A DNA stretch of 64,000 nt from Mobula hypostoma (lineage: Eukaryota): the NCBI RefSeq assembly GCF_963921235.1, contig NC_086097.1, forward strand, positions 5,704,001-5,768,000. Reading direction: 5' to 3'. The notes beneath the pieces are model-generated. The model ran no database searches, was not told where the DNA came from, and saw nothing but the letters and a program-made list of their open reading frames with translations. The position numbers and the translations under genes are program-made. This document shows positions 23,501 through 36,939 of the stretch, one piece after another. Each line of letters begins with the position of its first letter. Position 1 is the first letter of the stretch.

Positions 23501-25019
23501 ATGTTTTATATTTATTGTATTTTTTTATTATTCTTGTTTCTTGACTTCTGTGTTTATTGTGTTGCATTGGAGTATTTTGTGTGTACTGGAAATTATATTA
23601 AGCAATCTTAAATCTTGATTTTTTCTTTTAAGTTCAATGTAACTATCCAAGGCTCAATATTGTTCAAAAAGTTCTGGCTTGTTTAAGAACATGTAATCTA
23701 GTTATATCATGACTTGCTGCAGAAATTCAACTATTTTGTTTTGAAATTGAACATCCCTACTTGGATAATTCTGAAAGAAAACAGGTGAAATGGTTTCTTT
23801 TTCAGTGTTTTTTTTAATCAATTGAGTTAAAGTGTGACAACAATCTGAGTACATTTAGCCACAAACTGAGATTGCAATGGACCATCCTATTGACTCAGTT
23901 TCTAATATTCCTGCTTCACTTCTATTGTGCTAAAGTTTATCACCACCTTTGATCCCCACGATTTTTCCTTGAAACCTCTGGGCTATTTTAGTTTTGAACA
24001 TCTCTCCAAAGTAATTGCAGGCTAGGATCAACCCATCTTTGTGAGAATAAGACTGTGGCATGGTTTTTACATTATATTGGCCTCAGTAATTGCTGAAACG
24101 TTAAAAAGTGCAGATTTCCTTCGAAATATTTACATACTTGTTCAATATGGGTGACCTGTTGAAATTTTGAGAATGAATTGAGCTCTATAACAGCCATTAG
24201 TGACCCAAGCAATGAAATCCTTTTACTTTCTAGTTGAAAAAAACAATCAAAGGTTATGATTAAAAATTCAGATAAAAGAATTTAGATGACCACGTTAACT
24301 CTTTCTTTAGTAAAAATCGCTAGCAAATTTATCTCATTTATTTAAGCAACAGAAATCACAAGAACAAAAACCTCTGAATGGTATACTTGAAGGATCACCC
24401 TTGCTCTATAAGAACATTGGCAATACGATTGGAATTAAGTCTCCATTTTGCTAGTCCCACTCTAACATTCACTAAATGGCTGATCTAATTGCAGCCTCAC
24501 CTCTAACATTCTGACTACTCCCCATAATTTTTGACTTCCAGGGTTTCTCAAACTTTTTTATGTCATGGACCCCAGCTTGGGAACACCTGTCCAAAAATCT
24601 CCCTTACCTCAATCTTGAGTACTATCAGTTACTTGTCTTGAGTTGAGATTTCCAAAGAATGCAAAGATCTACCTCATCTCTGTCTTAAATGAGCCAACCT
24701 TTATCCTGAAGCTATGCTTCTTTGTTTTATTGTCAAAATACCCATAAAGAGAAATAGTATCTTCTCCACCAAAACTATGTATGTTTTATCGAGGTCAAAT
24801 CTCATTCTTCTAAAGTGCAAAGATTATAGCCCAGCCTCCTCAACTGATCCTGATGAGATGATACCTTTATCCAAGGAACTTTTTCCGAATTGGCTCCATT
24901 GCAAGTACACAGAGTGGATTCCACTTAATTGGGTCTTTGCTTAATCAGGACAGCTGCTTATTTGGGACAACTCTTAAAGAACAAAAAAACTAATTGATAA
25001 AATAGCTGGGATTCTCTTT

Positions 25020-25338
25020 AACAAACAAGAGAAAATCTGCAGATGCTAGAAATCCAAGCAACACACACAAAATGCTGCAGGAACTCAGCAGGCCAGGCAG
25101 CATCTATGGAGAAGAATACAGTCGACATTTCAGGCTCTGACCCTCATCAGGACTTGAAAGAAAGATGAGGAGTCAAAGTTAGAAGGTAGGGGAGGGGTGG
25201 AAAAAATACATGGTGACAGGTGAAACCGGGAGAGGGCGAGGGATGAAGTAAAGAGCTGGGAAGTTGATTGGTGAAAGAGATGCAGGGCTGGAGAAGGGGG
25301 AATCTGATTGCAGAGGATAGGAGGCTATAGAAGAAAGA
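25020..25338 (-). mobile_element. Penelope-like element terminal repeat and 3' UTR
   Basis: Reverse complement of about 29150-29475; includes a hammerhead motif. Confidence 0.85.
25119..25155 (-). ncRNA. Minimal type I hammerhead ribozyme motif
   Basis: Minus strand AAGUC-CUGAUGA-GGGUCAGAGCCU-GAAAU-GUC-GACUG: core boxes present and stem I AGUC/GACU. Confidence 0.65.
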
Positions 25339-25984
25339 CACTATGCCACTTAAATGGGGCAGGAGACTGTTGCTGAACATCTTCTGCTTCTAACTGGGGC
25401 TGATTACATGCCATGAGACACTACACCATGCTTAGAGCCCTCTCCTAGGCTGACATTCCCAGCATCATATCCCCAGACATACTGAGCCAGCTTCATTATT
25501 TACACACCTGTCACCTGTCTCCCAAACACTCTACTCTGAGCTCTTTCATAGCCATAAATTTCCAAAGGGTTTCAATAATATTCTCAGAGTCTCCTGACAA
25601 GGTGTAATGTCTTCACCAGGATGAGTTAAATGGAGGATGTACATCTGGGAAGGGGGAGGCTGAACACTTCCATATGGCTACGGTGGGGAACCTGCAGGCC
25701 ATTCACAAACAGTGGAGAAGCACACAAAATCCAGATCAACTTTAAATGATTATCAAAGACACTGCTGGTGGAAGAAGTCAGAAATGAAAAATAAATATAG
25801 AAATTCTCAAAACACCCAATAGATCATGTATATTCTGAGGAACAGAGATAATACTTTGGATCAATTTCAAGTTTAGTTGACATTCAACCATACCCATGAA
25901 TACAGTCAAACAAAACAGTGTTGCTATGGGGTCAAGATGCACACCGCAGTACCAACAGTCGTACACAGTACAAGGCTCATATAC

Positions 25985-26270
25985 AGTGCTGTAGTGGTCA
26001 ACACAACACCTTACAATACCAGCAACCCAGGTTCAATTCCTACCAATGTCTGTAAGGAGCTTGTACATTCTCCCCGTAAACCCCGAAGGCTTCCACTGGG
26101 TGTTCTGGTCTCCTCCCACAGTCCAAAGACATTCTAGTTAGTAGGTTAATTGGTCATTGTAAATTGTCCCGTGATTAGGCTGGGATTAAATCAGAGCACT
26201 GGTGGGCAGCGTGGCTTGAGAGTCTGGAGGGGGTGTATCACTGTATCTCAATAAATGAATAAATAAATAG
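25985..26270 (+). mobile_element. V-SINE-type SINE
   Basis: B-box GGTTCAATTCC, V core (TGTAAGGAGCTTGTACATTCTCCCCGT...CTCCCACAGTCCAAAGAC) and (AAAT)n tail. Confidence 0.8.
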
Positions 26271-26884
26271 AATACAGTGCATATAATTACATTAGCAGTA
26301 AACATACAGTCATAAAATAATAATAATATGGCCCAAGTCCCTAAGTGTCTTGTACTGTGATGGAATGTTCTCAGCAAGAACAAGCTGACAGCAGCCTGAT
26401 TATCATGCACTAGTGTAATCCTTCAACAGAACTCAAAATCTCTTCAACAGAACTAAATACCTATGAAAGCAAGGGGATTTTGGTGAAAAGCGTTCGAACT
26501 GTCAGGTTAATTCTGTTTTTCTTTCCACAGACTGTTGCTGTCCTGCTGATAGCTTCCATGTTTTCTCTTTTAATCTCAATCAACTCCGCACCTGCACACA
26601 ACTATTTTCAGTGTCCGTGTAACCTATAACCTTCTCAGTCAACTTTATATCTGGAATGCAAGCATTTTATCCTCAATCCTGGGGGACTGCCCAAGAGAAG
26701 TGGAATAGTTTGGCAATTAGTCATTAACAAGGAGGAAGATATCAGTTAGAAACGTGTCTATTTCAATGTTATAACTTGGGTATGAAATTCTGTGTTGACA
26801 GATTTATTGCAGAGAAGAGAAACTGAGTTCATTGTCTGTGGTCATTCCCTATGCGACCACCTGTGAGTCTTTTGGGGTCATATA

Positions 26885-28772
26885 CTGAACTGAATTGAAT
26901 TGAATTGACTTTATTACTTACATCTTTCATATTCGTGAGGAGTAAAAATCCTTACGTGTCCATCTAAGTGGGCAACATGCAATTTATAGTCATTTATATT
27001 AATTAGTATGTACCACAGGACAGTCAATTTAACATAGAAATACAGTTGCGTCAGCATGAATTAATCAGTCTGATGGCCTGGTGGAAGAAGCTGTCTTGGA
27101 GCCTGTTGGTCCTGGCTTTTACGTTGCGGAACCGTTTCCCGGATGGTAGCAGCTAGAACAGTTTGTGGTTGGAATGACTCGGGTCCCCAATGATCCTTCA
27201 GGTCCTTTTTACACACCTGTCTCTGTAAATGTCCTGAATAGTGGGGAGTTCACATCTACAGATGTGCTGGGCTGTCCGCACCACTCTCTGCAGAGTCCTG
27301 CGATTGAGGGAAGTGCAGTTCCCATACCAGGCAGTGATGCAGTCAGTCAGGATGCTCTCAATTGTGCCCCTGTAGAAAGTTCTTAGGATTTCCAGGCCCA
27401 TACCAAAGTTCTTCAACCATCTGAGGTGAAAGAGGTGCTGTTGTGCCTTTTTCACCACACAGCCGGTGTGTACAGACCATGTGAGATCCTCGGTGATGTT
27501 TATGCCAAGCAACTTAAAGCTGTTCACCCTCTCAATCCCAGATCCATTGATGTTGATTGGGACTAGCTTGGCTCCATTCCTCCTGTAGTCCACAAGCAGC
27601 GCCTTTGTTTTTGTGACATTGAGGGAGAGGTTGTTTTCTTGACACCACTGTGTCAGGGAGATGACTTCTTCCCTGTAGGCCACCTCCTTGTTGTTTGAGA
27701 TAAAGCCAATCAATGTAGTGTCATCAGCAAATTTAATTGCAGATTGGAGCTGTGGGTGACAAGACAGTCATGGTATACAGAGAGTAAAGGAGAAGGCTTA
27801 ATACACAGCCCTGAGGAGTACCTGTGTTGAGGATCAGAGGGACCGGGGTGAGGGAGCCTATTCTTACCACCTGCCGGTGATCTGCCAGGAAGTCCAGGAT
27901 CCAGCTACACAAGGCAGGGTGAAGTCCAAGGTCTCTGAGCTTCTTGTCAAGCCTGGAGGTAATTATCATGTTGAGTCCAAGAACATTATTCTCCCATGAG
28001 CACCCTTCTTCTCTAAATATTTAAGGATGGTGTGTAGAGCTGTGGCTATTACATCACCTGTTGATCAGTTATGTCAGTAGGCAAATTGTAGGGGGTCCAG
28101 TGTGGGTGGCAGCATGCTGCAGATGTCGTCCTTGACCAGCATCTCAAAGCATTTACTTATGTTTGAGGTGAGTGCGACAGGACGCCGGTTGTTCAGACAT
28201 GTTACCTTGGTCTTTTTTGGGTCCAGGAAGTATGGTGGATGTTTTGAAGCAGGAGGGCACTCTACACTGGGACAGGAAGAGATTAAAAATGTTTGTAAAC
28301 ACACCTACCAGTAGTGCCGCACACACTTTGAGTACCCGCCCTAGGATGCGATCCAAACCCACAGCCTTGCGACTGTCCACTCATTGGAAATACCTGCATA
28401 CTTCGGCCTCAGAGATGATCGAGCTGCAGGTCACATCAGCGGCTCTCTTCAGGGGCTTGGTATTGACCACATTGAATTGAGCGTAAAAAAGGATTTAGCT
28501 CATTTGGGAGAGAGGCAGCGATGTTGGAAACTTCACTGCGTTTAGCTTTGAACTCTGCGATGGCGTACAGAGTTTGCCATAAGCTGCGTGTGTTGTTGGT
28601 GGAGAGTTGTGTCTGGATCTTGTCCCTGTATTGTCGTTTCGCTGCCTTGATGACTTTGCGCAGGTCGTAGCTGCATCTCTTGAGTTCCCGTTGGTCACTG
28701 GCAACGTAAGCTCTGTGGTGCGCAGTAAGTGCTGCTCGCATGGAACCATTGATGCAGGGTTTCTGGTTCGTC
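26885..28772 (-). mobile_element. Rex1/Babar LINE, 1.9-kb 5'-truncated copy with broken RT
   Basis: [92 protein letters not shown]. Confidence 0.92.
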
Positions 28773-29475
28773 CGGTGTGTCCAGTGTTCCCAGCATGGTC
28801 TCCTGTATATTGGTGAGACCCGATATAAACTTGGAGACCACTTCATTGAGCACTGATGCTCTGTCCACCAGGAAAAGTGGGACCTCCCAGTGGCCACACA
28901 TTTTAATTCCACTTCCCATTCCCATTCTGACATATCAGTCCATGGTCTCCTCTACTGTCACAGTGAGGCCACACTCAGGTTGGAGAAGCAACACCTTACA
29001 TTTTGTCTGGGTAACTTCCAACCTGATGGCATGAACATCGATTTCTCGAAATTCTGGTAATGGATACACCCCCATACCTTCACCATTCCCCACCTCCTTT
29101 CCCTCCCTCACCTTATCTTCTTGTCTGCCCATCACCTTTCTCTGGTGCTCCTCCCCTTTCTTCCATGGCTTTCTGTCCTCTCCTATAAGAGTCCCCCTTC
29201 TCCAGTCCTGTATCTCTTCCACCAACCAACTTCCCAACTCTTTACTTCATCTTGCCCCCCTTCCCAGTTTCACCTATCATTTTGTGTTTCTCCATTCCCT
29301 GCCCCCATCTTCTAACTCTGACTCCCCATCTTTACTTTTCCAGTCCTGCTGAAGGGTCTCGGCCTGAAACATCGACTGCACTCTTTTCCATTGATGCTGC
29401 CTGGCTGCTGAGTTCCTCCAGCATTTCGTCTCTGTTGCTTAGATTTCCCACTTCTGCAGATTTTCTCATGTTTGT
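28773..29475 (+). mobile_element. Penelope-like element 3' fragment: GIY-YIG endonuclease remnant, 3' UTR and terminal repeat
   Basis: Translates QCSQHGLLYIGETRYKLGDHFIEH*CSVH...PVATHFNSTSHSHSDISVHGL...EKQHLTFCLGNFQPDGMNIDF, the typical PLE GIY-YIG C-terminus. Confidence 0.9.
29341..29378 (+). ncRNA. Hammerhead ribozyme motif with core mutation
   Basis: CAGUC-CUGcUGA-AGGGUCUCGGCCU-GAAAC-AUC-GACUG: perfect 5-bp stem I, one substitution in CUGANGA. Confidence 0.6.
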
Positions 29476-30184
29476 TGCTGTCTGTGATTGCCAGAATTGA
29501 TAAAAGGATAATAGGTTAGCCAAAAATTTCAAAAGACTCTAAATTAAAGACTATCTATGCCTTTCTTTATAAAATATTGCAGACAGAGAAGAAGATATTT
29601 TGAAGATAATTACCAATGCATTTACTGGCTGTTGAGAAAGAACCTGTGATGTGCTACAAAGGAGTTTACTTTCAAAGGATGGGTGTTCATTTTAAATATA
29701 ATTCGACAAATTTCATGACATTTGCCAGTGTTATTAAACCTGATTCTGATTCTGATGCTAGTGAGAGACAGGTGCCTAAAAGAGCTGAGTGTACCTAATG
29801 TGAAAGATCAAAGAACTATCTTCAAACTTCTGGTAAGATAGCAGTGCACTCAATCGCAGTGATCTCGCTGGGTCCAAGTGAAGGTGTAACATCCCGTGCA
29901 CCATCAGTCTACAGGACATGACACTCCAGGACCTGGACTATAAACTTCTTGTGACTGTATGTTTACTGCTATCAATATTATATGTGCTTGACCGTACTTT
30001 GTAAAAGTCATATATTTAGTCAGGGTGCCTCAGAAGTTTGCAAAGTACTGTCATAATCTTATGTATTGCACTGTACTGCTGCAGCAAAAACATAAACTAT
30101 CATGATGTATGTGAGTGATGATGAACCTGATTCTGATAGGGGTCTCTATTGTGGACTGAGAGTGGAAAGCGAGCATGGAGAGAG

Positions 30185-32145
30185 AAATCATAAGACCATA
30201 AGACATAGGAGCAGAATTAGGCCATTCAGTCCATCGAGTTTTCTCCACCATTCCATCATGGCTGATCCCAGATCCCACTCAATTCCTTACACCTGCTGTC
30301 TTGCCATATCCTTTGATGCCCTGACCAATTAGGATACGATTAACTTCTGCCTTAAGTACACCCACGGACTCAGCCTCCTTGGCAGTCTGTGGCACAGCAT
30401 TCCATAGACTCACCACACTCGGGCTAAAACAATTCCTCCTGACCTCTGTTCTAAGAAGTCACCATTCAATTTTGAGGCTGTGCTCTCTAGCCCTTTCAAC
30501 ATTCAGCAGATTTCAATGAGATCCCCCTGCATTCTTCTAAAATCTAGTGAGTACAGGCCCTAAGCTGCCAAACGCTCCTTATATGTTAACCCCTTCATTC
30601 CCAGAATCATCCCCGTGAACCTCCTCTGGACTCTCTCAAGGACAGCACATCCTTTCTGAGATATGGGGCCCAAAATTGTTGAGAATACTCGAAGTGCAGC
30701 CTGACTAGTGTCTTATAAAGCTTCAGCATTATCTCTTTGCTTTTATATTCTCTTCCCCTTAAAATAAATGCAAACATTGCATTTGGCATCTTTACCTCAA
30801 ACTCAATCTGTGGCAAGGACTCCTAAGTCCCTCTGTGCCTCTGAAGTTTGAACCTTCTCCCCATTTAGGTAATAGTATGCACTCTTATTCTTTTTACCAA
30901 AATACATTATCACATATTTCCCAACACTGTATTCCATCTGCCACTTTTTTGCCCATGTTTCCAATTTGTCTAAGTCCTGCTGCAATCGCATTGCTTCCTC
31001 AGCACTAGCTACCCCTCCACATATCTTTGTATCATCCGCAGACTTTGCCACAAGGCCTCCGATCCCATTATTTAAATCATTAACAGACAAAGTGAAAAGT
31101 AGCGGTCCCAATATTGTCCCTTGAGGAACATCACTAGTCACTAGCAACCAACCAGAAAAGGCCCCCTTTATCACAAACAAGAGAAAATCTGCAGATGCTG
31201 GAAATCTGAGCAACACACACAAAAGTATGGAAGAACTCAGCAGACCAGGCAGCATTTTGTGTGTGAAAGCCTCTTTTATTCCCACTTGCTGCCTCCTGAC
31301 TGTCAGTCATTCCTCAATCCATGCCAATATCTTACCTGTAACATCATAGGATTTTATCTTGTTAGGCAGCCTCATATGTGGCACCTTATAAAATGACTTC
31401 TGAAAATCCAAGTAAGTGACATCCATTGCCTCTCCTTTGTCCACCCTGCTTATTACTTCCTCAAAGAACTCTAATAGATTTTTCAGGCAAGATTTCTCTT
31501 GACAGAAACCATGCTGACTTTGACTTATTTTATCATTAGTCTACAAGTACCCCGAAACCTCATAGTACACTCATAATCAAGTGATTCTTTAAAGATCATG
31601 GCCAATGCATCTGTTGTCCCTCCAATAATCTCTCTCAGGTCTCTGGGATATAGTTCATCTGGTCCAGGTGACTTATCCACCTTAAGACCTCTGAGTTTGC
31701 CTAGCACTTTTTCCTTTGTAATAGCAACAGCACTCACTCCTGCTCCCTGACACTCACAGACCTCTGGCACACAGCTAGTGTCTTCCACAGTGAAGACAGA
31801 TGCAAAGTACACACTAAGTTCATCTGCCTTTTCTTTATCCTCCATTACTGCCTCACCAGCAGCATTTTCCAGTAGTCCAGTATCAACTCTCCTTTTTTCT
31901 TTTTGTGTAACTGAAAAAACTTTTAGTATCCTGCTTTATATTATTGGCAAGTTTGTCCTCGTATTTAATCTTTTCCTTTCTTTTAGCTTTTTTAGCTGCC
32001 TTTTGTTGGATTTTAAAAACTTCCCATTCATCTAACTTCCCACTCACTTTTGTTACCTTATATGCCCTATCCTTGGCTTTTATGCCATCCTTAACTTCTT
32101 TTGTCAGCCATGGTTGCCTACTTCTACTATTTGACTATTTCTTCC
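30185..32145 (-). mobile_element. CR1 LINE, degenerate, about 2 kb
   Basis: KSPGPDELYPR, VPQGTILGPLLF, AKSADDTKI, LVRLHFEYSQQFWAPY and the CR1 3' UTR. Confidence 0.9.
31172..31265. mobile_element. Short fold-back Penelope-derived insertion inside CR1
   Basis: PLE terminus followed by inverted CAGCATTTTGTGTGTG, flanked by the degenerate duplication GAAAAGGCCCCCTTTAT / GAAAGCCTCTTTTAT. Confidence 0.7.
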
Positions 32146-32299
32146 TCTGTTGCAGAGATTTTATTTGAATTTCAAATTCTATTTGAATGGTGTCAAGTTA
32201 GGAAAAGGGGAAGTACAATGATATCTTGTTGTCTTTGTTCATCAGTCACTGAAAGTAAGCATGCAGGTACAGCAGGCAGTGAAGAAAGCTAATGGCTGG

Positions 32300-35200
32300 A
32301 TGCTTCCAAGATGCTGCATTGGCAAGTTTGCGATGCTGGAGGCTCACGGCAGGGAGAGTTTCTCCCTTCCACTGTCTGTGTGAGATGTTGGGGCCATCGG
32401 GACTTTGAGACTTTTTTTTTTATGTGCCCATGGTCTGCTCTTATCAAATTACGATATTGCTTTGCACTGTTGTAACTATACGTTATAATTATGTGGTTTT
32501 TGTCAGCTTTAGTCTTGGTTTGTCCTGTGTTTCTGTGATATCATACTGGAGGAACATTGTATCATTTTTTAATGCATGCATTTCTAAATGACAATAAACA
32601 AGGACTGACTGTCCTCATAATCTAAAAATCTAAGAATGTGAAATTGGTGTTACGTGGCAACAATACAATGCAAAAACATAAAATTGTATAATAAATTAAA
32701 AGTGCACAAAAAAGGATTAAACAGGTTGTTTTGAATGTCATGAACCATCCAGAAGTCTGATGACAAATTGGAAGAAGCTGTTTCTGACTCATTGAGTGTA
32801 GGTGTTCCATCTGCTGTGCCACCTCCCTGATGTTTGACAAGAGAAGAAGGCATGTCACAGATGGCGATGATCTTTAATGACAGATGTCGCCTTCCTGAGG
32901 CACCGTCTCTTCAGAATCAGAATCAGAACGAGGTTTAGTGTCTGGCATATGCTGTGAAATTTGTTGTTTTGTTGCAGCAGTACACTGTAATAGATAATAA
33001 TAAAATAACTGTAAACTACATAAGAAACACACACAGTTATTTCTTTGAATTAAATAAGCAGTTCAGAAAAGAGCAAAAAACAAAGAAAAAACAGTGCGGG
33101 AGTGTACATGGGTTCATTGTCCTTTCAGAAATCCGATGGTGGAAGGGTTACTAAACACTGAACTGGGTTTCTTGCTTTGTGGCTACCTGTGAGCAAGCAT
33201 ATCTCAAGGTTTTATACTTTATACATTTTGCCGGTTAAACATTCTGGTGAAAATAGTGCTACTGAACATATGTGACAGCTTCTGATAGTCAAAAAGATAA
33301 GAAATCCAACTAAAAGCATCACTAACTATATCTTTTCTGTTGTAAATAATGTTAAATTATTGTTGCAAACAGAGAAGGGGTGAGAGACGGTGAGGTGAGT
33401 ACGTGGGGCGTTACAGAATCGATGTAGATGGAGTTCCGATGCACATACAGCTGGCCTGGGTGCAAGGCTGTATCGCTTTGGGTGCCAAAAGAAGTCAGAG
33501 AAGTTCTGATGCTCCTTCCGCTGGCCTGGGTGCGAGGCTGGATCACTCCAGGTGCCGAGCTGGTCTGAAGAGCTTGAGAGCAGATTCAGGCTTGGTGATG
33601 GAATCTGGGCCCAGAGCGAGTCACTGGAGAGTGTGGTCTAGGCCCAGAGCCTTTTGCTGCAGCTGGGTCCCAGTACAAGGTACAATTCACTGTTTAGACA
33701 ATAAAACTCTGGCCTAGATCGGAGGTGAGAGCTGATTTCGCTTGCTATCCATGGTTTCTTCAATCCTCTCTCCAGGGCACCAGATCCTTTCACTGTTCTG
33801 TCATTGGGCCAATTCAAACACTGGCTTAGATAGACTGAAAAGACAGACTGCCAGTCGGGACGAGATCCAATTTTGCTCATTTTCCATGAAGGTCATCACC
33901 AAGGCGTTGAGACTATGAAAACTGTCCAGGCTGTTGTGCTTTGTGCCCGCTAATATGATGAATACTGATAAGTGAGGCTTTGAACTTATTCTGGCCTGGT
34001 TTGGAGTTCAGAACTGAGGAGTCCGTTTTGGTTCAGAATGCTGTTGTCGTTCACTTTAATTGTTTGCATGACTTTTTTTCTTTCCCTTGTGCATCGAGTG
34101 TTGGTCTTTTATTTTTATTTTTATTCCTTTTTTTCTTTAATTGGGTTCTTTCAGGTTTCTTGCTTTGTGGCTACCTATGAGCAGGCAAATCTCAAGGTTG
34201 TATAATTTATACATTCGTTGATAATAAATGGATCTTGAATCTTCAGGCTTATTTACCTCCTCCCTGATGGTAGCAATGAGAAGAGGGCATATCCTGGGTT
34301 ATGGGATCCTCACTGATAGATGCCACCTTTTTGAGGCATTGCTCTCTGAAAGTGTCCTCGGTGCTGGGGAGGCTGGCGCCCATGAAGGAGCTGGCTGAGT
34401 TTTCAACTTTCTGCAGCTTTTTCTAATCCTGTGCAATGGCCCCTCCAAACCAGACAGTGATGCACCCAGTAAAGATGCTCTCTACAGTACATCTGCTCTT
34501 GTGACCTTGATGTCCTTGATAGTGGATGTCCCTGCAGCCTCTTATGATCCTGTACCTTGGAGGCTTCACCAGGCTATGATACAACCAGTCAGAATGTTCT
34601 CCTTATTATATCTATAAAAATTTCTAAGAGTCTTTGATGACATACTGAATCTCCTCAAACTCCTAATGAAGCAGATCTGCGGGTGTGCCTTCTTTATAAC
34701 TGCATCCATGTGTTCGTCCCAGGAAAAATCTTCTGAGATGCTGACACCCAGGAACTTGAAGTTTCCACCACTGACTCCGTGATGAGGATTGGTGTGTGTT
34801 CTCCCAATTTCACCTTTCTGAAGTCCACAAACAATTTCTTGGTTTTGCTGACATTGAGTGTGAGTTTGCTGTTGCAACACCACTCCTATCTATCTCACTC
34901 CTGCCATAATTTTGTTACATTTGTGAAATTATAGGTTGGGTTTGAGCCATGCTTAGCCACACAGTCGTGAAAGAGAGCTGTGGGTTATATATGCATTGCT
35001 GAGGTTGATTGTCGATGAGTAGGAGATGTTATCACTGCTCTGTACTGACTATGATCTTCTGATGAGTTCACCCAGATGCATCCCTGTCACCGGGGACCTC
35101 CACCAACTCGACTCATTAGCTGACTCCGTTAACAGCCATGTGACTCAGGGTGAGAAGGCCACCCTTCATAAGTATTACACGTCTAGGGATTCATTTCTGA

Positions 35201-35520
35201 GATTCTCTTTCTTGAAGGCACACTCAATAAGTCCATAATAGAATCAATGAAAAACTGCACCAACTGAGCAGACAATTAGTGTGCAAACAACAAAAAACTG
35301 TGCAAATACAACGAGAAAGAAATAATAATATTAAATAAGTAAATGAGCAATATATATCGACAGCATGAGATGAAGAGCTCTTGAAAGTGAATCCGGAGGC
35401 TGAGGGAATAGGTCAGAATCAGGTTGAGTGTAGTTATCCCCTCTGGTTCAAAAACCTGGTGCTGTGAGTCCTGAAACTCCCGTACATTCTTCCTGATGAC
35501 AGCAGTGAGAGGAGAGCATG
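32300..35520. mobile_element. Mosaic of Rex1/Babar fragments and Rex-tailed non-coding elements
   Basis: 34245-35070 (-) reads FKFLGVSISEDFSW...FYRYNKENILTGCIIAW; several GATTCT/TTGAAT-type tails. Confidence 0.65.
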
Positions 35521-36550
35521 GTATCATCATAATATCAAACATTATGAATCATAGAAGTTTCATTAAAGTTTTCATTAAAGTTTTCTTTATTAAACTATCG
35601 ATACTTTTCATGTTGCTTAGCCAATCATTCATCCAGGCTGCATTCAGACGTACATTTGTCACAGTTCACTTGTGGGTAGCAACGTCTGCTGTCCACACTG
35701 ACTTCACCTATTCAATTCTTCACAAATCTATTCCCAAAATTGTCAAGTCAAACAATTTCTCTTGATGATTCTAGGGGAAATTGTTTCCAAATTGTGGAAA
35801 ATTCAGTTTGTGAACAGTTCCCAGGAATAGAATTATTTCTTAATTCAGGGACCCAAGTATTTAAAAAAAATAACTTTAATTCAAGATTATTCAATTCAAG
35901 ACAGTTTGATTTAAAAGGAGAACAAAATAATTGTTACTCTGGATTTGATGCAGCGCAAAAAATCACAATAAAATAAAGAAGACAATAACAAAAAAACACA
36001 ATTAATATAAATGCATAAGATAGTTTCTACACATAGAATGCTTATCTGTACATAAATTGATATTAGGCACAGGAAAGTTTGTACATATGGTGATTGGCAG
36101 GAAATGGTAAATTTGCAATGCTGAGGGTTGAGGAGGGGTGGGTCAATGGCTGGAGGTGTTGATCAGTTTTGCTGCTTGGGCAAAGTAACTGTTTTTCACT
36201 TTGTTGGTCTCAGTGGATTTCTTTTAATCATAAGATTATATGCTTTATATCAATAGTTAAAAGTTTAGCCATGATAAATGATAATCCTATTTGAGATGAA
36301 CAAAAGCAATATAAAATCAAATAACATGGGAGCATTCTAATCCATTCTGATTGTTAGGTGTCTCTGAAGAAATTTTTCCAAGTATGGTCAACTTCCCCTC
36401 TCAGAGTCCATATAATCTTCCTTACAATTCGGTTAAAGTATCAGTTAGATCATTCATTCGGAATGCAATGTTTTTCTTCCACCTGATGTTATTCACGGAC
36501 AGAGTTTAAATGTAGCTCCAAAAGTGAAAACAATGTGACTCAAATACGTA

Positions 36551-36759
36551 AACAACAGGAATTCTGCAGATGCTGGAAATTCAAGCAACACACATCAAAG
36601 TTGCTGGTGAACGCAGCAGGGCAGGCAGCATCTCTAGGAAGAGGTACAGTCGACGTTTCACTCCTGACGAAGGGTCTCGGCCTGAAACGTCGACTGCACC
36701 TCTTCCTAGAGGTGCTGCCTGGCCTGCTGCGTTCACCAGCAACTTTGATGTGTGCTGCT
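36551..36759. mobile_element. Fold-back Penelope-derived insertion with 15-bp TSD
   Basis: TGACTCAAATACGTA at 36536-36550 and 36760-36774; 80-bp inverted arms 36581-36660 and 36683-36762 with 4 mismatches. Confidence 0.92.
36659..36696 (+). ncRNA. Minimal type I hammerhead ribozyme motif, intact core
   Basis: CACUC-CUGACGA-AGG(GUCUCGG)CCU-GAAAC-GUC-GACUG; predicted cleavage after 36691. Confidence 0.75.
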
Positions 36760-36939
36760 TGACTCAAATACGTAGCTTGTTATTTCTTTAGAATTCGACA
36801 AAAATACAGTTTAGGAGTAATTCACACAAAATGGTTGAGAAACTCAGCAGGTCAGGCAGTACCTATTAGGGGTGGGCGGCAGGCGTGTGGATGTGGAAGG
36901 AGTAAATAGTCAGTGTTAAAGACCAAAATCCTTCATTCA

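Noticed and set aside
35663..35718. Possible short minus-strand exon (EVSVDSRRCYPQVNCDK)
   Set aside because: No polypyrimidine tract at the putative acceptor.
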